A stretch of 64,000 bases of DNA, taken from the NCBI GenBank assembly GCA_032718475.1, contig JAUCBJ010006179.1:6206-70205 (forward strand). The letters run 5' to 3'. The translations under genes and the position numbers were made by a program. Position 1 is the stretch's first letter. The number at the start of each line of letters is the position of its first letter. The notes under the pieces are model-generated. The model worked only from the letters and a program-made list of their open reading frames with translations, did not search any database and had not been told where the DNA came from. Shown here piece by piece: positions 1 to 14,300 of this stretch. Source of the DNA: Nemertoderma westbladi. Taxonomy: Eukaryota; Animalia; Xenacoelomorpha.

Positions 1-149
1 GGGTATATCCAGCGGGTGAATGGTCGCGCATAGACTGGCTTCGGCTAATGTAGTGTATCAAATACTCATCATAGGCTAAAGTCGATTTATAATCTAGAAG
101 ACACCTAAATTTGGCAGGTTAAACTGCTAAAGGTCTGAAAGCGCGAACA
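1..149 (+). repeat. 3' end of the 5' LTR of BEL copy 1
   Basis: Ends ...GCGCGAACA; identical to 16718-16866 except one A/G difference. Confidence 0.95.
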
Positions 150-433
150 ATAACAGTTATAGGATCTGTATTGCAACGTAGGCAATAAAGCTGAAGTACC
201 GGTCAACCGGTAACTAGTAGGCCTAACTACCTAACCACCCGAACCGGTACTTACAGCAGTACAGGTACACCAGTATTATTTCGATTGTGATATATTGTAT
301 ATTATAGGCTGTTAGGGGATTAGGGATTGATCACCCCTTATTCCTTTGTATGGTTTACTTATTTCTGTCAGTTTTATTTATTTGTAGGTTAATATTGAGC
401 AGAAGACGTGTAAGCCTGCTCAGATTGTACAGG

Positions 434-1010
434 TAATTTGTAGGCTGGACTGTTGTCTGACTGTTGTTAAGTCTGAAGAGATTGCAGTGTGTGTAGAGTG
501 TATGTCCGATAAAGTACTAGTTAGGAACGTAGGGGCTTCCAATGCTGTGAGGATAAATCCCCCCGAAAGAATAAGTCGTACTACTCGGTTAGAACGCATA
601 CTAACTAACCATTTCGGAGTCTGCATATACTGTAGTTTGTTTGGGCTTGATAGTAGTCTGCCAGCGTTTGGTCTGTATTTTGTTTGTGTAGTCTGTACAG
701 GTAGCGTAATATTTCTTATTTAGATAATTTGTAGGCTGGATTATTGCCTGGCTGTTGTTAGGTCTGAAGAGATTACAGTGTGTGTAGAGTGTATGTCTGA
801 TAAAGTACTAGTTAGGAACGTAGGGGCTTCCAGTGCTGTGAGGTAAATCCCCCCGAAAGAATAAGTCGTACTACTCGGTTAGAACGCATACTAACTAACC
901 ATTTCGGAGTCTGCATATACTGTAGTTTGTTTAGGCTTGATAGTAGTCTGCCAGCGTTTGGTCTGTATTTTGTTTGAGTAGTCTGTACGCGTAGCGTAAT
1001 ATTTATTATT
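434..1010 (+). repeat. Tandem duplication (~291 bp x2) in the BEL 5' UTR
   Basis: TAATTTGTAGGCTGGA... starts at 434 and again at 725, near-identical for ~285 bp. Confidence 0.9.
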
Positions 1011-2233
1011 CAGAGTTTATGCGATTATTCGCAACATTCATACCCCCAAGTTTATTCCTACAGTAATTGTGCTTGTTATACATACCGTTATAGTTAAATT
1101 AACCCCGGTACTACATCAGGGCTGTTTGGCGTAGGTAAAGACTGGAGATTTTATGATTCGGTCACTCCGGCAAATACCGTGGTTCCTTTAGCTGTACAAG
1201 TATTTCTAACTGCTGGTTATTTGTTATATAAGTACTTAATAGTACTAAGTACCTAATTTAGGGTTTAGTGTACAGTGCTTTCCGAAAGTAATTAGTGTGT
1301 AGGCAGTATATTTGTGTTGTAAACTGGTTAATAGGCACGTTGGCTCTGGTAGGTCGCGGTAATTAACTTCTAGGTAGGAACATTCCGTGATACATAACGT
1401 AGTACTTATAGCGATATGGCTATAAGTCGTCAGACGGTGGTATTTTTTCCTATCTGGACAACACAGTATATTTACTACTGCTTTGTTATTTTCAAATACC
1501 GTAGAATCCTGTCTGTTTGTAATAACCAGATATTCTAACCCTTTGTTAGGCTGGTTTGTAGACTTCTTGTAAAATTACCCTAAAAATTCGTACGTGTAAT
1601 TTTTGTGTTTATTTAGAGATTGTAATCTCACCCCGAATTGTACGTAATTTGTAGTATTAAGTAACTTAGGTAAATTAGAATTATTTGTTTTAGTGTCCAA
1701 CAAGTAGCACTTCACTGAGAGCGTACAGCTTCTGTGCGGTGACTCTTTCCCAGAAATAATAACATTTATTTCAAATATTGACAAAAACCCATTATACGGG
1801 TATATATATTATAAATCAACTCAAACCGATTTATAAAATAGTAGGCCTGTCATACATCAATTAGGTCTTAACATCAGTTGGACTACTGCTTAATTAACGG
1901 TAATAAAGTAAGGTAAAGTAACCAAGTAACCCTAAAATTCAGAAATTCAATTATTCTAAAATAATTGACATACTGGTATTCACGATAGGCTTATTATATA
2001 TTTATATATATTTGTGCTGAAATTACATACCGGTATTCTGTGACAAATCTAGTCTGTAATAATACTTATATATATACTATAAGCATACCGGTATTCTAAT
2101 ATATTATATATATATATCACGTTACACTGAGTAACAGTATCGGTAATTAATTACTAGGCTAACAGTTGATACTGAATTACTAGACTTGCTTTAACTGTAA
2201 TATAGCAGTAGGCATTCAATTGTACAAACAAAC

Positions 2234-5200
2234 ATGTCTGACACAAAGCAAAACCTGTCAGACAGTCTCCTAGATACAACCATCTGTGACCCAGACAGGA
2301 GTGTGGAACGTGTGAGACCGAAGTTCAACTCACCTCCTACTGTAAGAAAGATCATTCCTCCAGTAGTAGTATCAGACCCTAGGCTAGTCCAACACCGTAG
2401 GTCTATCATAGGCACTTGAGCTCAGGTCAAGCGGGACCAAGAAGCAGCAGAACAGCAGCAACACTCGAGCCGAGAAATTATTTCTCAACGGCCCGACAGC
2501 TCCAGTAGTGCGGATACTGTAGAGCTGACACCCGAGCGCGGAGCAAAGATGGTAGATGCGGTTTATTCGGATCCCCTTCTCATCCTTCCTGCAGCCGTAC
2601 TCACTAGGGTATTGATTGCGGTGGAGGAACACCAGATTGATTGGGCGAGAAGTAAGCGATCGACCAAGGATAGTTATGCGGGATACACAAGGGAAGAACT
2701 GAAGTCTATTGTCGAGTCGCAATGGAACTTCCCCGGACCCGGACTCCCGTTTGACTTATCGGAAGCTGCCTGGGAAGACATACACAGGATGGGAGTGACA
2801 AAAGAAACCAGCGATCCAGCCGTGTGGAAGAGGTCAGCAGCAGGATACGTACAGGGATTCTTCAGCTCTATGGAGCGATTAGAGGAACAACTGTTTCGAC
2901 AACCCCAAGGACCTCAAGAGCAGGGAGAGCTGCTTTATCAAGTTAGAGAAAGAATTCTAAGAATCAGACTAATCTTATCGGCCTTTGAGGAGGCTTCGAA
3001 AAGAAGACAAGACACGTCGTTGCAAGTTGCCGTAAAGACTTGGTTTCAGCGGGTGAGTCTCAAAGTTCAAGGAACTGCCCCGTGGAAATCTCAGTTGGCT
3101 GAGTGGAAAGTGAAGTGACAGCAGAAAAACCGCATAAGAGGGATGCTATTGACATCTATCTGTCAGACTATCAACGATTTGTAGGTGACGAAGAGTTGAG
3201 GAGACGGCTGTCTGGACTTCGCCCTAATAGTGAAGGAGCCAAGCTGGTGTTGGACGCAATCGATGCGGATATGATAGCTGCGAACCAAGCTAAATTTGAT
3301 GAATGCCTCCGCATCGCTAGAGTCCAGGAAGAACAAGTAAAGAAAAAACGTATAGAAGACAGAAAGATAGCAGCAACGGCAGAGGCAGCGGCAGAAGCGG
3401 AAAGAAAAGCGGCAGAGGCAGTGGCAGAAGCGGAAAGAAAGCGAGCCGTGGCAGAAGCAGAACGAAGAGCATCTGAAGAGACCACCCAACTAGAGTTGGA
3501 AAATATTCAAGAGAATCAAGACTGCATAAATAAACAGTTAACAGCTAGTCAAATGCAGATGATGAGTCGATCTACTCCCAAAAGACAGGGATATACATCA
3601 TCTGATGAAGGCGATACCACCGATCCTGAAGGCGGAGGAAATAGATCTCGTCTAAGCAGACGTAGAAGAATGTCCCACCCTCAGAAATTGCCTAATTTGC
3701 CCCCAGCTGTTAGAAGGCAACTAACTAACACAGACTTAGGTAGTACAGAACCCACAGACCAAATAATTAAAATAGAAAGGCTCCCTACTATAGTAGATGA
3801 GCCTGAAATAATTAGGCCTGTTCTCGAAGCCACCCCTTTGGTGATAGAGACACCTGTACTCCCAGAACCTACCTCTAAATTCCCTTTGCACAGTACCAAA
3901 CTACCTGTGCCCAGTAGGACTGTTCACGAGTCCGAACCCGTCCTGGACGCCGAGCGAGATATCAAGAATTTATCGCCTGTCGTCTCTCGCTCGCCCGCTG
4001 CTACGTTGGCGACTCCCGCTTCGGCGGTCGAGTGGGTAGCTGAGGGACGACGGGAGATGGGTCTCCTGCTCGGGCAGCTGAGGGAACACCGTCAGTGCTC
4101 CTCTCAGCAGGTCCGGGAGATGGAAGGAACTGTTCAGCAGTTCAAGGGAACAGTAAGGGAAAGTAGGTTAGAGTTGCAAGAAGTGCAGCAGAATATCGCG
4201 TTAGAACGCGATAAATTAGTAAATATACAAAAAGGTATACCACCAACCCCGGTAACAATGTGTCAACCTGTTAAGTCTGAAGTATTTCATGCGCAAGGTG
4301 TGGAGCCTACACGCATCTATACTGCTAGTGAAGTAGAAACTCCTATAGTAAACCCTATTAAGGGTAATTATAAACCTGTTGACAATGATATTCCATATAG
4401 ACCTGATCATAATCTGAGAAATTTATATACCGATAACTCGATATTAAATAACACGATGGCCCAAGAAAGTTTTACGCGTCAAATGGCTAGAACCGAAGCC
4501 CGTCAAGCGGTAAAGGTGGGAGAGATCGTCAAGTTTAATGGAGATGAGATGAAATGGTTACCTTTTAATGAATATTACAAGGATAACATACAGAACTCTG
4601 TGTTATCTAACGGAGAGAAACTTAGATTCCTCATCGAGTGCTTGGAAGGATCTCCCAAGTTAATGGCGTTAAGGTTTATTGGACATCCAGATGGACTAAG
4701 ACAAGTTTGGGATACCCTAAACATCAGGTATAGTAATAGGAATAACATAGCTAGGTATTTGTATGCAAAATTGGTAGCCCCCCGAAAGTTCATTAGCAGC
4801 GGGATTATAGAGTTTTCCGATGAGATTCAGGAGATCTGTAGACAATTAGATTGGCTAGGTAAGTCTCATGAATATCAGAGTTCTATGGTTATTGGAGCCG
4901 TGGCCTCTACTTTACCGAAGGGTGGAGTAGGTACACGCTGGGATAAGAAAGTGTTATATATGATGGAACAACAACTCCGACGCAAGGTGTGCGAAGTGTG
5001 GCGCAAAACATCATTTATCTTGTTGCACACTGAATTCGAACGAAACAGCCCGAGTCAGGTAAGTGATTCCGAACTACATGTCCAATTCAGTGATGTGAAC
5101 GACACTGACCAAAGTTCTGAGATGGAAGGATTCTATACGGACGAATTCTCCGATGAAAACGAATCCTGTTACCTGATAAATACCGCAGTGTATCGAGCAC

Positions 5201-8200
5201 TTACGTATGAAAAGGACACCGATAGCGAGCTTTCCCTAACTACTTCTGACCGACAACCATCTTGGAAAGCACCAACTTCCAATGTAGGAATCCGAGAATT
5301 TCCCGTAGTGCAGTTGAGGGTCCACGGACCTAAAAGGAGTTATATAGTGAACGCCCTCCTTGACTCCGGTAGCACAGGAACATTCATCGACAAAGAACTA
5401 GCCGAAGACATCTTTGCTGGACAACCCAAGTTCCGAACTAAGTTAAACATGTCAGGAATTATGCAGGTTTGGAAATCTACAGTAATAGCGGATTATTATG
5501 TAAGTGCGTTGTCCACCCCCCAGGATGAACTAGGAGAACACAGCATAAGGTCAGTAAAAATGGTGGCGATAAAGAACTTCGCTACCAGCCAAGTAGAACC
5601 TTATAACTGGGATGAGGACGATTTCACCCAGCAGCTTAATATACCTAGATTCAACACAGATTACCCTGGAGTACAAATACTCATCGGCCAAAATGCACAT
5701 GAGGCGCTTGAGACATTGGAGAAACGGCCTGCTCAACCGCAACCACTACAAGCCTATGCGGGAAGAACTAGAGTGGGTTGGTACTTTACTGGCCCTTCCC
5801 GTAGAACTCTTATGGAAAGGTTACCAAAAGAACAGGTATATCAAGTAAGTGAATGGGAAGTGGAGAGCAGTGAGGTAGACGACCCAACTGAGGGAACACC
5901 ATACTCCTCAGATAATGACGATATCCACCAACTCTTCGATGAGAAGAATACCATCGATCTCCTTACGGAAAACGAGACTTGGCAAAACCAAGTGAACCTA
6001 TGTCAACTCATTCGTCCATCAAGACAAGTTGACTATAACAACGAACTGAATGACGTAATCGAGCGCTATAACGCGAAGACTCGGGATGAACACGCCGTAC
6101 GATACTTTACTCAAGAGGCTGTAGAGCCCAATTCCTACGATAAGGCCCTATCAGTAGAAGAAGAAAGAGCCAAGCAGATCCAGGAGTCAACTACACGTTT
6201 TCTTAAAGATCAAGGTAGATATGAAATCGGTCTACCATTCCGAAAGCGAGAACCAAAATTCATAAACAACCGACCCTTGGCGGAGAAAAGAATTGCTCAA
6301 CTACATCGACGCCTTACGGCAAATGCTTCAGCTAAAGAAATCTATCAGACTCAGTTGAAGAAATTTATTAACAACGGATATGCGGAGCGAGTACCGGAAG
6401 AAACACCTATAACTGAGAGAACGTACTATTTAACACATCATTACGTTCCCAAACCCGGTAAACCCCATGAAGTAAGGGTAGTATTTGACGGCTCCGCCCT
6501 CTACATGGGCCAATCCCTTAATTCCGAGTTGTTACCAGGACCCAACTTACTCCAATCCTTGTTGGGAATACTCTTAAGATTACGACAATATTCAATCGCT
6601 TTCGCCTCCGATATAGAAGGCATGTTCTTACAAGTCAAGGCGCTAGATAGGGATCGAGATAGCCTATGATTTCTGTGGTGGCCGGAAGGAGACCTCAACC
6701 AGAAACCGGTGGAGTATTGGATGACCATCCAGGCCTTTGGGATCATCTCAAGCCCTTCAAACGCCTGCTCAGTGGTGCGCACCACTGCTGATGACAACCG
6801 GGACGCCTTCTCAAAAGAGGTGATCGACAACATCAAACGGGATATATACATGGACGACAATTTAAAGTCCCTTCCATCAGTGGAAGAAGCCATTGATGTC
6901 GCCAAAGGAACGGTAGAGTGCTTAAAAAGAGGTGGATTTCGATTAACTAAATTCACCAGCAACTCCCTTGAGTTTCTGGAATCGATCCCGGTAGAAGATC
7001 GAGGAGCGAAAGATCTAGACCTAATCAAAGATGATCTTCCAGAAACCAAGACACTTGGTTTGAAATGGGACACAGAGAGAGATATCCTGTTTTTCCAGCT
7101 AAAACAGCGAGATAATCCAGTTCGGACTAAACGGATTTGTTTAAGTATCCTGAGCACTTATTTCGATCCATTGGGATTTATTAGCCCAGTTATATTGATT
7201 GCTCGGAGTTTAGTACAACAAATGTGGCTTGAAAACCACTCATGGGATGATCCACTTAAGGGAGAACTATTAAAGAAGTGGATGAAATGGGAAGATTCTC
7301 TACCAGCCATCGAGAACTTTATAATTTCCCGTTCATATTTTGGTCATGTTCTCCCTACGTATTCCTATCAACTCCATGTGTTTGGAGACGCCAGCGATAT
7401 GGGAATAGGTATAGTAGCCTACCTGAGAGTGGAAACTCCGGATGGAATCAAAGTCGCCTTGGTTACCTCTAAGGCATTGATAAACAACAAGTTGAAAGTT
7501 CCTCGAGCGGAGTTAAAAGCGGCTCTATACGCTACAGCCATCGGCCGAAATGTAACAGAACAGATCGAATATCCACTGGAGAAAACTGTCTATTGGACCG
7601 ATGCTCTACTCGTGTTGGAGTATATAACCAATGAAGTCTGTCAGTTCAGCGTCTTCGTTACCAACAGAGTAGCCATTATACTTAGTCGTACGAAGATGGA
7701 TCAATGGAGACATTGCCCCGGAATGATTAATCCAGCAGACATCGCCTCCAGGGGAGCAACTCCACAAGAACTGATAGATACTCCAGACTGGTTAGGTGAA
7801 CCCGACTTCCTAAGCAAAGAAGAGGAAGAATGCCCTCCTCATCTTACTACGGCGGAGATTAGACAGGCCAAGGGAGCGGAGAAAGTCAAACCTAAAACTC
7901 GGGCGAGTAAATCGAAGTTATTTAAACCCGTGGTAGATCTGTCTGTACTACACACTTCCGGAGACGACGCTTTGGATCCGAAACCCACAGCCACAAATAA
8001 GTCTGTTGTGGAAATCAGAGAGAAGGATTGGAAATCTGGAATACCAGACGTCTCGCAAGGACTCTCACCTCTCCTGCAGAGAGCGATATATCACTACAGT
8101 TCCTGGAATCGGCTCTGTAAGGCCGTTACATATTTAAAGCGATGTTTTCATCATCACTACTCCAGGACGAAGACCAATAGTGATACCGCTCCACTGACAT

Positions 8201-9731
8201 CTGTGCAGGTCCATGTTGTTAAAGATCTTCCCAAATATAAGATATCCGACAGGTTTCTGAAGGAGAAGATCAGTTATCAGGAGCATGAAGAAACCAATAA
8301 GCAGATGCTGAGACTCCTGCAATGCTATGAGGATTCCGATAAGTATTTCCTGTTGTTGAGAAATCCACAGATGCGCTTAAGGGATCGTTTCTCTAGCACA
8401 ATGATAGATGGGTTGATACGTGTTGGAGGAAGATTAACTAATGCTCCATTATCCTTTGACACTAAGTTTCCCATACTCATTAGAAATCTTGAAATACAAA
8501 TCAAGATGATTGTAGATGTTCACAGCAAACTTTATCATGCTGGTAGAGAACGAGTTCTTAGCGAAATTCGAACTCGCTATTATTTTTATAAACCCTGTAG
8601 AGCTCTGAACCAAGTTCTTAGGAACTGCATACCCTGTAGGAAAGCATTCAGTAGGCCTTTAACATAGCGAGAGGCAGAATTACCTAGGGAACGAGTAAGC
8701 TTCTATGAACCACCCTTTACTAATACCGGTGTAGATTTATTTGGCCCTATTGAAGTATATCGAGCTAGGACTATAGTCAAGAGATGGTGTGTCATCTTTG
8801 TTTGTATGACTTGTAGAGCTATCCATCTCGATATGGTGAACGATTTATCTACCAACAGCTTCCTATTGAGCTTACGCCGACAGATCGCTCGCTTTGGAAC
8901 TAGTAACACGATGAGATCTGATAAGGGAACGAACTTCATTGGTTTCAACAATGAAATCAAGGCTTACGTCAAAGATTGGAACCAAAGACAGGTGGACGAT
9001 CAGCTAAGGGTAACAGCGTCTAGCTGGACCTTCAACGCCGCCGACGCCCCTTGGTGGGGAGGAAGTTGGGAGAGATTAATCAGGAGCGTGAAGACCGCAT
9101 TTCACTTAATAGTGCCGTGCCGCACGTATCTCACCGACGAACTTTTGCGGACGTTAATGGAGGAAATCGCCGCCTATCTCAACGAGAGACCGCTTATGCC
9201 AGTCTCATCGAGTCCCGTTTCCCTGGAAGCGCTAACACCCGCGCACTTCCTACTGAAGAAACCTGTAGCCATGCTCCCACGATCGGAAATCACAGACGGA
9301 GACCAATACTGCCGGCAAACCTGGCAACTTATGCAGTTGTTATCCCGTCGTTTCGCTGACCATTTCGAAAAACATTATCTGCCCACGCTACAACTTCGAA
9401 CTAAGTGGTTTGCGCAGCAAGAAAACGTCAGCGCTGGAGACAGGTCCTTATTGTGGATTCAGATCTTCCACGTAAGCGGTGGCAGACAGGTCGTATCATC
9501 GAGACTCACATCTCGGATGATGGTTTGGTGCGATCGGTAGAACTCGTCGTCATGCGACGTAACTTTAAGAAACCGGGAATTGTCTTCGAGACACAGCAGC
9601 TCAATCGCCCAGTTGGTCGTTTATGTTTACTGGAAAGAGACAGAGAACTCTCCGGAAACTATGGAAGGCAAGATACTCTTCCCACGACCACCTCTCTAAT
9701 CCAACAAACATCTAGGGACTCCCCAACTTAA
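2234..9731 (+). pseudogene. BEL/Pao gag-pol polyprotein, disrupted (stops at 2417, 6667, 8665; frameshifts near 3100, 4980-5030 and 9445)
   Basis: Gag region KFNGDEMKWLPF..EKLRFLIECLEG; protease ALLDSGS; RT RVVFDGS..DIEGMFLQV..YMDD; RNase H LHVFGDAS..RAELKAA..WTDA..NPADIASRG; integrase HHCC, GVDLFGP, RSDKGTNF, WERL; C-terminal ALTPAHFL..LQLRTKW. Copy 2 has Gln where copy 1 has TAG at 8665. Confidence 0.95.
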
Positions 9732-11363
9732 CAACGTCTGGAGTGGGTGTGTGACTATATCATTTTATATTCTTATTATTTTATATTTATGTATGTATTA
9801 TTATGTAATTTTATTATAATCGTTTTCTTTAATTTTATTTAGTAGAATGTTATTTTAGCGATTATTTAGTAGATTAGTGCAATATATATTAGTGTTTATT
9901 ACTTAATTACTTATATATTATATATTTAGAGCGACGGCGAGAAATAATTCTTTTTCTCTTTCCTTACTGTCCGTATTACATTACAAATACGTAACTACAG
10001 TAAGATGAAATATTAGTACTTATTAAAGTACAATAAAGCTCCTACTATATTCAAGTATTATTGGTAAAGTAGAGTATTAGGAATGCAAAATTCAGATCCT
10101 CGTGTCTCGGCTAAACCAAGCTCTGGGTAGACCTTGGAAACGACTTGCCTCTTCTCACTGACATTGCTTCTTGCGATATTGCTCTCATACCGTATATTAA
10201 ATAATACATATAGTAGCGTGATGTCACTTTAACAGTAGCGTACAACGCAAATAAATCTGTTAAACCCTTTGACCATCTGTAATTCTAGTCGATTAAGATA
10301 TCGCGGCACCCACCGATATACTTGAAAGACAAAATTCTAGAATCAGTGGTTAACGTCCCGAGACAAGTTCTGGAATAAACCGGTGCCCATCTTAAATATT
10401 AATTATTAATATTTATAAAGTCTGTCAAATTCAGATCCTTTAAAATTCTAGTCAATTAAGATATCGTAGCACTTACCGATACTCTTAAAAAGACAAATTT
10501 CCTAGAATCCAGGATCCCAGTCCCCAGACATGCTCTGGAATAAAATTGTGTCTATTTAATATTAAATAATAAAATTTACGGGAATAAATTTAAATTCATA
10601 TTTTAATGAATTTGATAAATTGTCATTTTTATGCAATTTATAACATTCCCAAAATTCCATTAATTAATAGATCATGGGAGCGGAGATTCACCCTATTAAG
10701 TGTATTAGTGTGCGAGAATCTCCAATATATAGTCAATAGCCGATAAAATTCATAAAATCATGTATAAAGGGGATATTGACAATTAAAGAATTACTATTAA
10801 ATAGCATCCCAGATCTGTATGCATGAGAATTACCCTAATTCTACCGCTAGCTTTCCATAATGTCACCATAGCAACAACCACGCTAGAATTAGAAGTGAGT
10901 TAAAAGAACAATAGAAAGCTTACCCCATTGAATAGCATAGGGAATAAATAGCACACTGCTAGTATCCAAGGATACATAATAATAACGTGGCATTCTGGAA
11001 GGCACTGACTAACGGACAAATGGCCCGAATATGTACAGTTTGTGACAGTTGTGTTGAATTTGTGCGTTTATAGGTGAATGTTACTGCTAAAGTCTGTTTA
11101 CAGTAGCGAGTCGCAATTGTGAAAGTAGCCCTAACTCTCCAGAAAGAACCTGAAGTACATCTAAGCCTTTGGGACGGACAGTGGAGTGACTTGTGTCGGT
11201 TATCGTTGTCGTTGTGTAGCTACTACGTTGGCGAAAAACACAGCGACGACGGTACATCGGCGCTGAGGATCTTGCACTGTCCGGGGGCAGAGAGGGGTAG
11301 GCAGCGACGCCCGCTAGCCTAAATATAAACTCATTATAATATTGATAAACTCATATAGCAGAT

Positions 11364-14300
11364 ATGACTGAGTTGATAGAAGATGATCTTGGTATCAGGG
11401 AGCGATATACTCTACCTTTACAAGCGTTTGTTGATAGCTTGATACGCGGCGACGCTGGTCCAACTACTACAAAGGACGATGGTCGTTATATCGAACCGCC
11501 AATGTCCCAGGAGCAACTTACGCGTGAATTGGACTATAGAAAATTCACCGCTCGCTATACGCATTGTAATGGTACGTATATGGACTTCTTAACAACTGGC
11601 CATCCTATCGATCTACACAATACGGACGATGTAGACACCGAAAGGGAAATGGTTTTATTTAAATATCATACCCAGCGGAGTCGGAACGATAAACCGAGAA
11701 TAGAACACGAGAATTCTATTCGAAACAGACTCGAAAGGGAAGACGTTGAAGAGCCGGATAAACGCAGCGACTTCAACGATTATCTGGAATTCCTGAGAGA
11801 AACATATCTCAATATTGCCAGTCAACAAAATCTAGAAACTCGATATCCTCAAGGTATACATCATGACCCTATGATAGAACTCAAACGACTCTATTTCACT
11901 ATGATGTATCTTACCGCCGATTGACCGCTACCTGTCGTCCCAGATAGCTTCGAACAGATGGAGGAATATTGTAAAACTGGAGAACGATCACCCGCGTTTC
12001 CCCTGCAGGACGTGCGTCTTTGGTATTACTGCGACGAATGCCCTAGACCCAATCAGCAAACGGAAAGACATAAACATCCGCGGAGACGTTGCGCTAAACA
12101 CAGTTTTACACGATATACTTATGGGAGTTTCGAGCGAAACCTGTTCGACGTATCACCTACGCTCGCTCGACTCAAATGATCCTTAAATAAACCGATGATC
12201 AGAGTTCCGGAATACTTGGTCAGACCTCCTCATTCCTCAGTGAGACCTCAAACGCTTGATCCTAATAGTATAACGGATCCCCCTGAACTGTACTCACTAT
12301 TTAAAGATCTTGTGTTACCCGAACAATTAATCGGTGGCACTCCGGTAGTGGGCTCACTAGATATTCGCCAACCCTACCTAGCCGGATTAGGACGCGGTCA
12401 TCTAATATCGCCGTTTAACCCATACAACCGTCCAGGCTTAACCCCTATACAACCCGTTACCGAAGTCGAAGAGAGCGTTGTACGAAACGCATTAGACGCT
12501 ATTCGGCAGAAGATCGGAAAAGGAACTTACGATTGTTTAGAGAAACGCAAATTGCAGCAACAAGTCCAAGCGGTGAAAGAATTAGCTTTACCCCAGTTCG
12601 ATAGAGAAATCCAGAATCTCGAGGAAGACATCGAACGTGGACGAACCTACTCTTTACAAGAGTTCCTAGACGAGCGTTTACAACAACAAGCGGAGGAAAA
12701 TCAGCTCGAGGAGAAACACATAGAAATGGATGAGAGAGAAGAAGCAGCTTTAGCCCAGCCAGAAGCTCAAATTCTTATGACGGATCTCTATTCTAAAACC
12801 ATCATCCATCCTTCGATGGTTCCCCATTTTGGAGACAAACTCTTCGCCACGGCACAGCCTCAACCAGTTGATATCAACCTAAGATCTCGAGATCTCATCG
12901 CTGATGCTCCCATGTTGCAACGTCCGCCAATTGAGGCCGCTCGTGTCGATGGTATACTCGTTGAACCTCCGGACAATAGAGCGGATCTTGTCCGTCGTAT
13001 GGTACACGATGTTAACATACGCGCTAGACCTTTACCGAACTCGTTTTATGGGATCAAAGATCACCCTTATTACGTCAATCTAATGCAATATTACATGGTA
13101 AAACCGGAAGATCCTACACATAGTCTGAGGTTTCTACCACTAATAAATCCTCTCGATCTTGTCGAACTCTAACAACTGCAGAAACATCTAGATCAGTTAG
13201 TCAAAGTAAACTCATTTTGAAAACCCTATAATGTTTCCAGAATAGAGAAAGAGACAATACCTCCATATAATCTTGATGGATTCATCAAAACTCGATTAGT
13301 ACACTGGAATCTCGACATGTTATTCGAGGAGGAAAGAATACAACGATATGGAGATGTAGAAACATATACTACACAATATTTAAAGTATAGAGATCTACCT
13401 AATGCTAGCGAATGCGCTACCTTGTGGCATCCAGTGGGAATGACTCTAGAAAACGCTACTAAAGTGTGGAATGAGACTCTTAACGTTATCGAGATGTATG
13501 GAGTTGTCACTTACGATAACGAAGGTAGCGTTCCGGTTGGAGAACTGGGAACTACGCGCATGATACATATACGAGGACTAGCTGGTTCTACCCACGTATT
13601 TACTCGAGCGTATTCCGATGTGATTGATTATTCCTTTGAGACCCTTACCGAGATACAAAAGAAACTCCGACATAGACAATTCGAACTCGCGCAGCGTTAC
13701 GTCACCGACACCGAGCGCAAACCGGCCATGGGTATCGATGGATCGATGTTACCCCAGCCCGTGCTCGAGATGTTGTTTAATGAAAGAATCCTTAAAATCG
13801 GCTCAGCTGTTTACGGAGATCTCCAAAACGACTTTCGGAACATGGAGAACATTCCATACCCTTTCGTTGATACTCAGCTGATTGCTCCCTGGGCAGAAGG
13901 CCGAGGTTTCTTCCGCGCTATGTATGCAAATACACCCAGCGGCATTACTAAAGTACAACGAACCTCCATCGGTCATCTTGCCTTTCAAGAATATGGATGG
14001 AATTTCAAAGTTGGAAATCCTATCAACTACCAACAAGTATATGGAGATCATTATTCTCGATTATACTTTGACGGACCATTGACCGCACCTGGCGCCGTTG
14101 ATAGCTTTATGAGTGTTCCACTTCGTCCCTCCTTAGCTATATACACGATCTTTGAAAACGCCGCACTTGCCGGTTGGCTAGCCGATGTGTGCAGTCGTAC
14201 CATACGCGCCCATCCCTTAATACTTGGAACCAAACTCGCCAAGCTAGATGAACACAATAAATTCATTCGCTTCGAATGTTTCAGGCGCTTTCTGACTCCG

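Noticed and set aside
3163-3489. Minus-strand ORFs over gag
   Set aside because: Shadows of the low-complexity Ala/Glu/Arg coiled-coil segment
6667-6669. Programmed stop-codon readthrough in pol
   Set aside because: The stop falls inside the RT domain where Arg is expected (L-R-FLW); other stops in this copy are sense codons in copy 2, so mutation is the simpler explanation
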